A DNA stretch of 64,000 nt from Prorocentrum cordatum (Eukaryota): the NCBI GenBank assembly GCA_963575745.1, contig CAUYUJ010000146.1:1-64000 (forward strand). Reading direction: 5' to 3'. Below are positions 50,360-61,146 of this stretch, in pieces; within the stretch, counting starts at the first letter, position 1, and each line of letters starts with the position of its first letter. The notes beneath the pieces are model-generated. The model was not told the DNA's origin. It saw only the letters and a list, made by a program, of their open reading frames with translations, and searched no databases. The translations under genes were made by a program, and so were the position numbers.

Positions 50360-51500
50360 GTTTGCCACCCGCTGCTGCGGACGCCGAGGGCCTGGTGCTG
50401 GACGCCGCGGCCCCGCTGCTGCGGGGCCCCTGAGAGGGCGTCGGCCCCCCCTTCTCTCTGGCGGCGTCGAACTTGACCTTGCGCTCCACACCGAGGTCCT
50501 TGTGCCAGCGAAAAGTTCCTGACCCGTCGCTCCCGCCCAAACCCGCGGTTGGTGGCCTCACCGTGTCCGCGTGGGGGGCGAGGGGCAGAGCTTCGACCTT
50601 CCTGTCGCCCCAGTGCGGGTGTAAACGGACGCCTGTCCCGTCGTCGCGGTGCAACACGAAATCCCACATCGGCAGCTTCACTTTCACCCGCTGCCCCGCG
50701 AACTGTCGCGCGCGCACAATACTCTGACGCATGTGGTCGTAGCTGTTTGGCCGGACTTCGAGGGAACAGCCGATCAGAGCCCCGCTGCTGCGGGGCCCCT
50801 CCACGACCTCCCTGATATCTTCCCCCCTGGGCGTCGCCACCATCTCTTGCCACCGCCAAGGGACTTCCTCGTCGCTTTTGAAACCAAAGCTCGTCCTCGC
50901 ACCGTGGTCGCAAACAGCGACCATGGTGGGCTCCGCATTGTCAAACCACTTGGCTTCTCACTCGAACGGGGCAGTTGGGTCTTCATTCAGATGGCGCCAC
51001 CATTTCAACGCTTGATTGTGTTGCTGAAACGCCGTGCCGGGCCTCTCTTCATAACTCAAAACATAATTAACATCAAACTTCTCAAAATCCTGGGGCCCGC
51101 GCGCCGCCGCCGCTGCGGTGGCGCGGGGCTCCTGCGCCGCAGGCGCGGCTCGGGATCCCGACCCCTCTCCTGAAACTGTGTTCCCAGGTTCTGGTACGTT
51201 TCGGAGGGCAGCCCTCACGAAATTATCGAATTCGGGCATGCCGAGACCAGGGGCGCGGGGGCTCACAACGCCAAGCGCGGCGAAGCGAGACGGCCGTTGA
51301 GGCGAGACCGCCGCCGCTGCTGCGGCGGCAGGGCCATCGCGCCATTTGGCGTCCTCCGTTGGCGTGTGCCCGTCTTGTCGCCAGTCTCTCCAACCCCTCG
51401 CTGACCAATCATGGCCGTCCTCCCAGCCACGCCAGCCGCTGCTGCGGCTATCCCACCATCCTCCCGCGCCATCCCATGTGTATCCGCCTGCATCGCCCAT
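50355..51500 (-). pseudogene. Hypothetical cargo gene with one in-frame TGA (50958-50960)
   Basis: MGDAGGYTW...HNQALKWWR...PFE*EAKWF...WRWQEMVA...WDFVLHRDDGTGVRLHP; both listed ORFs share one frame. Confidence 0.6.
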
Positions 51501-51924
51501 TGCAAGACGATGGCGCAGGCGCGCGTTAGGCCGCGACGGGCCCAGCTGCACCGGCGCTCGCGGGCGATCCCACGGGCGCGGGATGGTTTGAGCATAGCGG
51601 CGACGGACGACGCGACGTGATTGGACGGCGGAGAACTTGAAAGGAAGGGGGGTTGGAAACGAATGAACGAAGTGGACGAAGAGCGGAAATCGAACCAGAG
51701 GGAGGCGAAAAAAGAGCGGAAAAGAATAAGGACATGCAGACGAAGGAGAGTGACGAGGTAGATGGCGGGCCAGAACGGCAACGGAGGATAATGTGGTGGA
51801 AATTGTGAAAAGGACGCATGGAAAAACACGACGAGGATCACAGACGCAAAGATGATGAGCGCAGTGGTAGCATGACATATCCGAAATCAAGAAGCAGGAT
51901 GACGAGGAACGGGATGACGAGCAA

Positions 51925-52035
51925 CTCTGTCGCAGAGAGCCTCCGAACGCACCCCCTCTGTCACAGAGGGCCTCCGAACGCACCCCCTCTGTCACAGAGG
52001 GCCTCCGAAAAACACCCCCTCTGTCACAGAGGGCC
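51925..52035. repeat. Right subterminal array of palindrome CCTCTGTCACAGAGG (3 copies plus 1 degenerate)
   Basis: ~30-bp tandem unit directly inside the right TIR. Confidence 0.85.
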
Positions 52036-52037
52036 TC

Positions 52038-52065
52038 AATGATCACTTTAATGCGGCTTCTGGAT
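52038..52065 (-). repeat. Right terminal inverted repeat (28 bp)
   Basis: AATGATCACTTTAATGCGGCTTCTGGAT|TA. Confidence 0.92.
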
Positions 52066-53322
52066 TAGCATGGCCCCATGCATGCACTAGGACCGCATTA
52101 AACATAGCACCCTCCAGAAACCCTAAGATCGCCCTGATCCTCCTCCCCGCCCTCTCTGCACCTCTCATTAATCGCTTCGCTCATTCCGCCAGTCCATATG
52201 ATTGCCTCGCCGCTGTCGTTTGTCGGGGTGTCGCTGTCAATGCGGTGCGGTTGGGCGGCTGCCAGTTTTCGGTGGCGGTGGGTGGCGGCTCAGAGGCCTC
52301 ACGGATGTTGGTTGGGCTCGCGCGGTTGGCCTCTCAGGGGCCTTTGGGAGGCAAGTTTGAGGCCTCTTGTGGGCCGTGTTGGGGCCTCTTGGGGCCTCCT
52401 GGGGCCTCTTGGGGCTGAAGGCTGGACTTTGCGGTTCCTGGTCCCCTTCTTGGGCCCCTCTTGCGGCCGTTTTGGGGCTTTCTTGGGCCGTCTCGGTCGC
52501 CTCTTGGGCTGTCTTGGGGCTATCTTGGGCCGTCTTGGGGCCCTCTTGGAGGCTTCGTGGGCGGTCTTGGGGCGGTCTTGGAATCCATGTTTTTCTTTTT
52601 GGAACGGCACGGCGTCGACTTCGACATGGTGCCGACCTGCTCCGCAAAATGAGGCGTGAAAACAATGGTTGCCTTCAGCGTCCTAAATTAGTACTAGAAC
52701 CACGCGCGCGCTTCGCGCGCTTAGGTTCTAGCAAGTTCTGGTTGTAGTCTCAAGTGTTCGGCGTCGGAGGACACTCAGTGTCACACGGATCGTGCAGCTC
52801 AGGGAGCTCCACCGATGGCATACAGGCTTGGCTTAAGAGTCCCCTCCTCCAGTGCTGGTACACCCCTGAAAGGGATCACTCCCCACAGGGACATCCAACT
52901 AAGTCCCCAGAGACAAGGCTCGCACAGTGGTACGCCCCTCACGCGGATCGTGCCCAGCAAGTAACTGCATGTGCGGCACCAGAGGGGAGCTTCATAGCGT
53001 CGCCTGGCTTACTTCGGCACACCTCTCGCACGGATCGTGGCCCGCAGGGACTTCAACGGACGGTCCCAGAGGCAAGGTTCGCATGCCGCCCCCCGGCACA
53101 CCTCTCGCACGGGTCGTGGCCCACAAGGATCTCCACCCATGGCCCCAGAGGCAGGGTTCGCATTACGCCCCCCCGCCCACCGCGGCACACCCCACCACGC
53201 AGATCGCGCACGGAAGGAATGCCACCCAAAAGCCCACATACAAAGTTCGTATGGCGCCCCCCCCCTTATGCCGGCACGCCCGTCACGCGAATCATGCCCC
53301 AGAAGGAGCTCCACCTATGGTA

Positions 53323-53502
53323 CAGTCGGCGCGTTGACCTAAGGAACGATACATAAATAAGGAACGAGGCCCCTTTTTCCCATAAGTTAAACTCCGATGT
53401 TCCATGGAAAACCTGGGGAGAACCCAAGGAGCGCTGTAAAACAACTAAAGGAACACGGAGCCCCTCCCAAACGAAAAGGGTTCCTTCTTCAGCGGCCCGA
53501 CT
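53323..53502. mobile_element. MITE family A, diverged copy
   Basis: TACAGTCGGCGC...GCCCGACT with the same interior. Confidence 0.75.
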
Positions 53503-54995
53503 CCACCGATGGTACTCCAGATTTCGTAATAAAAGGGAGGGGGGGTCTGGACCCTCCAAGACAAGCCATTTCAGACCTCGCCCGTGGGAGAACCCTCCAA
53601 AACATAGTCCCCAGACCCCCCAGGCCCTCCAAGATAGCCTGGAAGAGACCCCCCCCCCGAAATGAGACCCCCCTCCCTTTATTACGAAATCTGGAGTATG
53701 AAGAAAGACCCGCGCCCCGCGCTGCACATGATTGCAAAGGGATGGATCCGTCGCCAAGCCAAGTGCTGGCTTATCTATGGCCTTCGACCCATATCGCTAC
53801 TGTGCCTGAGTTTTGGGCTAGAGATTCTCGGATACCTGTCTGTTGGCATGCTTCTCGGGCGCCTCGTGGAGCGATTTTTGAAGCTTCTTGGGGCCTCTTT
53901 TTGGGCCCTTTGGGGCCTCTTGGGGGTCTGCCACTTGGAGTGGAGGGCTCGAGTTGTCAGATTGAGTTCCCGCTCTTGGATCCCTCTTGTGACCCTATTG
54001 GGCCGTCTTGGGTGCCTCTTGGACCGTTTTGGGGCTGTCTAGGGCCGTCCTGGGGCCCTCTTGCCTCTTGGGCTGTCTTGGTGTGATACTTGGGGCCTCT
54101 AAGCCGTTTGGACGCTGTTAAGACCCAAAATGCGAATATGCTAAAATGCGTGTTTCCCGTAAGGATGGGACAACTTTTGCCTCTCTCGGGGCGCAGGAGC
54201 CTTCTTAGGACGTCTCCGGAACCTCTTGAGCAGTCTTGAAACAATATTCGGGCGTCTTTGAGCAGGCCGCTCTGGTCGTTTTGTTGGTGTCCTCCGGAGC
54301 TATTTTGAACGGCGGGGGGGGCCGGGACGCCCCGGAAGGGGTCAAAATGTTGTAGGCCACAAGGAGGGGGGAGGGTGGGGGGGGGCAGGTGGTGGGGGGG
54401 ATGGGGGGGGAATTCCTGGACAATCACTCGCGCGCTTCGCGCACGCTTAGGTTCTAGTCGGTCACAAGCAATCGGGCCAGCGGGTGCTGGCCGTTGCGGA
54501 GTCCTCTTGGGACTGTCTTGCAGCCTCCGTCAGGTCCCCTTGGTCATTCCTATGCCGTCTTCGAGCCTTCTTGGGACATCTCTGGGCGCTCTTGGGTCGT
54601 CTTGGGGCCATCCTGGCCCTTCTTGGGCTCCAATGGCGGCTATCTTGCGGTTGCCCTGGGCCGCCTTAGGACCCTCTTTCGGCCCTCTTCGGGCGCTACG
54701 TGGGACATCTTGGTGGCTGGGTGCCCTCGGGGAGCCTGTGATTGGTCTACGGGGGGTCTTCCAAGATCGTTGAGTCCTGGGGTGTGGTCTTGGGAGTCTT
54801 GGGGCCGTCTGAATTGCGCCTCTGAGGGGTATTGCGCACGCCGAATAGCGCTAGCACCAACGCTACGAACCCCGTGATCCCGAAGCTAACAAGACAAAGG
54901 GCGCGAAAAGGAGGGAAGATGGCGGAGGGATGGAGGGAAGGGTTGCGACAGGGATGGCGGATGCAAGCATAACATGTTTCGGCGCCGTGTGCGGT

Positions 54996-55606
54996 CATCT
55001 GTTGCTGGAAATTAACCGCAGTGATGCTCGCTGGCGGCCTTACCCGTGCTCGAGGCGGCCACGAAAAAAGGTTCGGCGCCGCGTGCGAGCATCTAGTGCT
55101 GGAAATTAACCGCAGTGATGCTCGCTGGCGGCCTTACCCGTGCTCGAGGCGGCCCAACAAAAACTGATTCGGCGCCACGTGCGAGCATCTAGTGCTGGGA
55201 ATTAACCGCAGTGATGCTCGCTGGCGGCCTTCCCCTTGCTCGACGCGGCCACGACAAAAGGTTCCGCGCCGCGTGCGAGCATCTAGTGCTGGAAATTAAC
55301 CGCAATGATGCTCGCTGGCGGCCTTCCCCTTGCTCGACGCGGCCACGAAAAAAGGTTCGGCGCCGCGTGCGAGCATCTAGTGCTGGAAATTAACCGCAAT
55401 GATGCTCGCTGGCGGCCTTCCCCTTGCTCGAATCGGCCACGAAAAAATGTTCGGCGCCGCGTGCGAGCATCTAATGCTGGGAATTAACCGCAATGATTGA
55501 TGATCACTGGTGGCCTTGCCCGTGCTCGAGGCGGCCCAACAAAAACTGGTTCGGCGCCGCGTGCGAGCATCTAGTGCCGGAAAGTAACCGCAGTGATGCT
55601 CGCTGG
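54996..55606. repeat. ~94-bp tandem repeat (about 6.5 units)
   Basis: GCATCTAGTGCTGGAAATTAACCGCA.TGATGCTCGCTGGCGGCCTT recurs. Confidence 0.92.
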
Positions 55607-58600
55607 AGCTCTTGAGGAGCTCACGGCTCCAGTGAAGTAGTGGCCCAGAGACCGTTGCAACCTCTAGTGTTGAAAGCGATCAACGCAGATCGAAGAAAGA
55701 CGAAATACCAGGAACAACGCTTCCGTATAATTCCGTGCGACACCCTGCAATGCAATGAATGTAGAAGCGCTACGATGCAACGCAGTTATACGGAAACCAT
55801 ATGTATGGTCAATGCAACGCAAAGCATTGCAAGCAGAAGTGAGGACAGCATATGCTAGACAATGCCACGCAATACAAGCCGAGGCAAAGCGCAGCCATGT
55901 GGACCAAAGACCGATGAAGCACGAGGTCGTCGTCGTCGGCGTCGTCGGCGTGGCCGTCGTCGTCGCGGTCGTCGTCGTAGTCGGGGTGGTGCTCGTGGTC
56001 GTAGCCGACGCCGAAACAGACATCCCTCGTCGATCCTGGAGGGTGGAGGCCCACTCTCACCAGGGCGGCGGCGGGCACTGCAGAGGAGAGCGGGAGCTGC
56101 AAGCAGCAGCCTCGATTCCGACTCCACTCGGACCGGGGCCGCGGGCCACTCGGACTTCGCTCTGAACGGATATTGGGTAACCCGACGCTGAATCGGGATG
56201 TTCGTTGGCATTGCGCGGGCACTCCTCCTCCAAATTCAGTTTCCTCGTCGGACTGGCGGTGACAATCATGTTCCCGGAATGATCTCCAGTAGCATGATGG
56301 TGTAGGCCGTGTCGGGGCCCTCGTGGGGGGGTCCAAGATTGCACACATGAAGGTGGACAACCGGAAGGACGGCCCAATGGAATCAGTCGAAAAACTTTGA
56401 GATGGGGAGTGGGGAAATGGAGCTTAGAACTGACATGTAGAAGGTATAAAGTGACAGAGCAAGTACGGCTGGAGCTGGGAAGGCCACGAAAAGGAGGGTG
56501 AGCAGAACTGGGGCTTACCACAGCGACCATAATGATTTTGGGCCCATCCCGCCGCCTTCCTGGGTTCGGTGGGAAGGCGACGGAGGCCGCGCGGGGGCCT
56601 CTTGGGGCTGTTTCTGGGCCTCTTGTCTTTGACCATCCTTGGCCGTCTGGGACGCCCCTGGGGCCGCCTTGGAGTCTGCGTGGGCGTCTGTTCGCCGTTT
56701 TCCTTTCCTTTCCTCCTCTCCTCCTCCCTCCTCCTCCTCTCTTCCTACTAATATCCTCCTCTTCCTCCTCCTCCTCTTCCTACTATCCTCCTCCCTCCCT
56801 CCTCCTCCTCCTCCTCCTCCTCCTCCTCCTCCTCCTCCACCTCCTCGCCCTCCTCCTCCTCCTCCTCCTCCTTCTCCTCCTCCTCCTCCTTCTCCTCCTC
56901 CTCCTCCTCCTCCTCCTCCTCCTCCTCCCATTCCTTTTCTTCAGAAATAACACTAGAACCATCGCGCGCGCTTTGCGCGCGCTCAAGTTCTAGCGAGCTT
57001 CTTGGGGCCTCCTCGGAGCATCCTGGACTGCTTCTTGAAGTCGTCATGGGACCTTCTTGGCATGTCTTCGGGGGCCTCTTAGAAAGGGTTTTGAAGCCTT
57101 TTGGGTGCCGTCTTGGGGCCTCTTGGAGCCTCTTTTGGGCTTCTTGGGAGCCTCTTGGGGCCTCTTGGGGGCCTCTTGGGGCCTCCTCGGCGCTTCCTGG
57201 CGGCATCTTGGGGCCTCTTGGGGGCATCTTGGGGCGGAGAGCTTGATTTTTGGGTTCGCGTTCCCTCTCTTGGGCCCCTTTTGGGGCCTTCTTGGGACCC
57301 TCTTGCGCCGTCTTGGGCGGCTCTGGGGCCGTCTCGGGGCTCTCTCGGGCCGTCTTGGGGCTCTCTTGGGGGCCTCTTGGGCCGTCTTGGAGCGGTTTGG
57401 GGAGCCTCTTGGACGGTGCTTTAGCGCCGGAAACACGAAACAGCGAGAATGCACAAAACATAAAAACAAATCAAAATCAACGATTTTGCCCTCTCGGGGC
57501 GCTCTTGAGCGGCATCTTAAAGGCCTCTTGGGGCGTCTTGGGGCCTCCGGGGCAGTTTAAAACGCATCGTGCGTCGCCAAAGGCCCCTGGAAGGCGTCTT
57601 GGGGGTGTCTCGAGACCGTCTGGGGCCACTGGGATTGCTGTCTGAGGGCTCCCCGGGGCGATTCTAGGCCTCCCAGAGGCGGGCCCGGGCCCCGGGCCCC
57701 ACATTTGCGGTCGAAACTCCGAGCCCTGGCCCCCGGACCCGGTCCCCCGTTATATGAATATTCTCCGCAGCGCGGAGGAGAGCTGCCGAGGGCCAGCCGG
57801 CGAGGGCCGAAATGCCAGACATCTGCAACTCGAAGTGCGGCGCACTGCATCGCGTCGCCAATTCGCCCGGGGAAGACGCGGCACTGAAACAACTTGGCCT
57901 GGCCTTGGTTCGGGCCAGATTACACAGCCCCTGCCTTTCTCGACAGTGGTGGCTGCAAGAGCGCCAGATCAATGATCGCCTCCTGCTTAAGTTTGCGGGG
58001 CGTCAGAAGAGAAAGAGGGCCGAAATGCCAAAATGCGAGGGCGTCAGGAGTTTGCCGGCGAGGGCCCAAAGGCAAAACAGCCCCAACTCGAGGTGCGGCG
58101 CTCTGCATTGCGTCGCCAATTCGCCTGGGGTGGACGTGGCACTCCACGTGGGGGACGGGCGCCCCGGTGAACCGGGCTGCTTTTTTTTCGCCCGGACGCG
58201 AGATCTAGACACCTCGACCGTAGGAAGGCGCCTCCAGAGTCTTCCCGGCGAGCAGAGAAGGCCGGCCGACCTCCGTCCCAGGAGGAGGAGGAGGAGGAGG
58301 GGGAGGAGGAGGAGGAGGAGGAGGAGGAGGTGGAGGAGGAGGAGGCGGAGGAGGAGGAGGAGGAGGTGGAGGAGGAGGAGGAGGAGGAGGAGGAGCCCGG
58401 TGGGGCATGCGGGCGCCACCTCGTCCTGGAGCGCGCGGCCCGCGCGCAAGTAACATCGGAACGCAGGAGCGCGGCCGGGTCCAGAGGGGGGAGCAGCTTG
58501 CCGGGGCAGCGAGGCAGACGCAGCGCTCGGACAGCGCGGCTCTTCTAGCCCGGAGGCGCTGCCGTGGCGGTCAGAGCAACCACCCGCCACTTCTGGGCGG

Positions 58601-58837
58601 TGGCCTCCGCCTCGCGAGTACAACCTACAACTGGGGGGCTGGTATGTGGCCAATGCATTGTCGATCGAAGCATCGGTGTCATATCCCTGGATCCCGACGA
58701 CTCAGAAATAACAGTCGCATACAAAAGCGCAAGGCTTGGCATGAACCCCAATTTTCGGCGATCAAATGATCGGTGTCATACCTCGATGACGCTGTCGTCA
58801 ACGTCGCCGCCATTCAACTGGACTGTGGCTCGGACTC

Positions 58838-59032
58838 TCGGGTCGGGCGAAAGGGGGGGATAGTAAAGGGGGGATTTGAGAATCAGCTCACGTAGCTGAT
58901 CTTCCCGGCGCCTCCCGGCGCCGGAGGCGGCTATGTATCGAGGAATGGGCCCCTCGGTGAGGCCGAAACCAGCTGCACGCAGCAAATTTCGTAACCCCCC
59001 CTTTCCCAATCCCCCCCTTTCGCCCGGCCCGA
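58838..59032. mobile_element. MITE family B copy
   Basis: Same TIRs and interior. Confidence 0.8.
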
Positions 59033-59199
59033 CTCTCGTCGAAGGCTGCGGCGAGAACCCACAGATCTACGACCGCGCCCCGGCCATCGCCATCTGGGGC
59101 GGCATGGTCGGGGCCCCGATGCCGCGCGGCCCGTCGAGGTCCTCGAGGACGTGGCCCTCGTCCCTGCCAGCGAGCGACGTGCATGATGCCCCCTCTCGT

Positions 59200-59600
59200 A
59201 GGCCTAGAGGTTGACACCAACACCAATATCGGCGGTGTGCCTCCACCGAGGGAAGAAGATCCCGATCTCGGTGATGGTGGTAATATTCAGGCTTCCAAGG
59301 TGACCGAAATATTACCACCAACACCGAAATCGAGGATCATCTTCCGCCAATGGAGGCACACCGCCGATTTTGGTGTTGGTGCCCATTTCCAGGCCTTCAA
59401 TTGGAGGCCTGGAAATTGACACCAACACCAGCACAGGGGGTTGCCTCCACATGGGCAAAATGATCCTAGATTTCGGTGTTGGTGGTAATATTTCGGTCAC
59501 CTTGGAAACCAGAATATTACCACCATCACCGAGATCGAGATCGTCTTCCCTCGGTGGAGGCACATCGCCGATCTTGGTGTTGGTGTCAACCTCTAGGCCT
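59200..59600. mobile_element. ~400-bp foldback element
   Basis: AGGCCTAGAGGTTGACACCAACACCAA... is inverted at ...TTGGTGTTGGTGTCAACCTCTAGGCCT, with arms over 130 bp. Confidence 0.8.
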
Positions 59601-59844
59601 GCGATCAAATCCAGGACCGCGCCCTGCGCCGCTCGATCAGCGGCCGCAGCATGTACTCGGGGTAGGTGCGGTCGGGTCCGCTCCGGCCGTGGATCGAAAC
59701 GGTGGCCGTCGCGTGGCGCTGTGGGACGACGGCAATCTCGACCTCGGCGGTGCCGGCGCCGGGGCGGACGTCGACGCCGTGCGGGTCGTCGTTGTCGCTG
59801 GAGCGCAGGGGCGACAGCGAGGGGGAGGCCTCTGGGGACCTGAT

Positions 59845-59944
59845 NNNNNNNNNNNNNNNNNNNNNNNNNNNNNNNNNNNNNNNNNNNNNNNNNNNNNNNN
59901 NNNNNNNNNNNNNNNNNNNNNNNNNNNNNNNNNNNNNNNNNNNN
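59845..59944. other. Assembly gap (100 N)
   Basis: Run of N. Confidence 1.
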
Positions 59945-61087
59945 AATCTAGAATTTGCGGTATGAGCTGCCCTGATGCGGCCCCCACGTTGATGACGAAA
60001 GTAAACATGTCCTCGAACCATTTGGCCTTGGCGTACTCGGGATGTCGTTGCGCGCAAGCCTTGAGAACAGTGTCGTACGAGATATTCACGGGGTGTCCTG
60101 TCTCAGATCCGCACGATGCTTTCTTGCCCGCCGCTGCTGCGGTGGCGACGAAATCAGCGACGGACGTCAGGACCTCGATTTCGTGAGAGGTCACACCTTT
60201 TCCCTGCGGGTCGTTCAGGGCCGCGGAAATGATCGCGGGGCCTTGCGCGAAGACGGCACCGAAGTGAATTTCCCACGAGAGCACCTCGCAAAGCAAACCG
60301 TTATCGAGCACGTCCATGAGTTCTGTGAACTTCGGTGCGCGACGCATTTTTGGGATATCCCAGGAGCCACCTGTACCTGTCTGGAACTCCTCCAAACCAC
60401 ATCCTTTGTGGTCTTCGGGAATGACCCACACTGCGCCGTGCTTGAGGTTCAGCAGACCAAGGGTTAGGGTGCAGTGGCTCAGCGCCCCGTAGTTGAACGT
60501 TGACAAGCTTGTGTGCGCCGAGCGTAGAGCCTCCACGGACTCCGTTTTCTGCAAGTTGTGGTCCGCGTGCGCCGTGCACGGCCTGCCATGGAGGCGCTCG
60601 TAATCGGCCTTCTTCCCCGCAGGGAGTTCCTGAACAACCACTGCTTCGTGCTGCGCCTCGTTCAAGAGGAACCTGTCTTTCAGAATGCCACACAGGAGAT
60701 TAACCACTCTGGCAGCGGAGGGGTACGTCCCACCTCTGTTCTGCGGGTGGACGCAGATATCCTCCAAGGAAATTTTGGACTTCAGCCGCTGGCCCTCGGA
60801 GTCCTTCAAGGCATAGCGGCTGCGCAACGTGGCGGCATCATTCAGGGGACCTGACTTGATGTCCTCGGACATCTATCCAGGCGCCCCCGCTGCTGCGGGG
60901 GCAGCTTCCCAAACAGATGCTCCGCGACGGTTGCCCCCGCTGCTGCGGGGCCCCGCTTAAAGCGCGAGTGCCTGTCGCGCGCGCGGACAGAAGGAGGGGC
61001 CTCACGGATCCGCGGCCTGCCCGCACTTGAGCAAAAGGAGAAGGAGAGGAAAGGCAGATAGAGGGAGAGAGACAGAGAGAGAGAGAC

Positions 61088-61146
<59 letters not shown>

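Noticed and set aside
54996..55606. Possible CRISPR-like array
   Set aside because: Whole ~94-bp units repeat with no unique spacers, and there are no cas genes.
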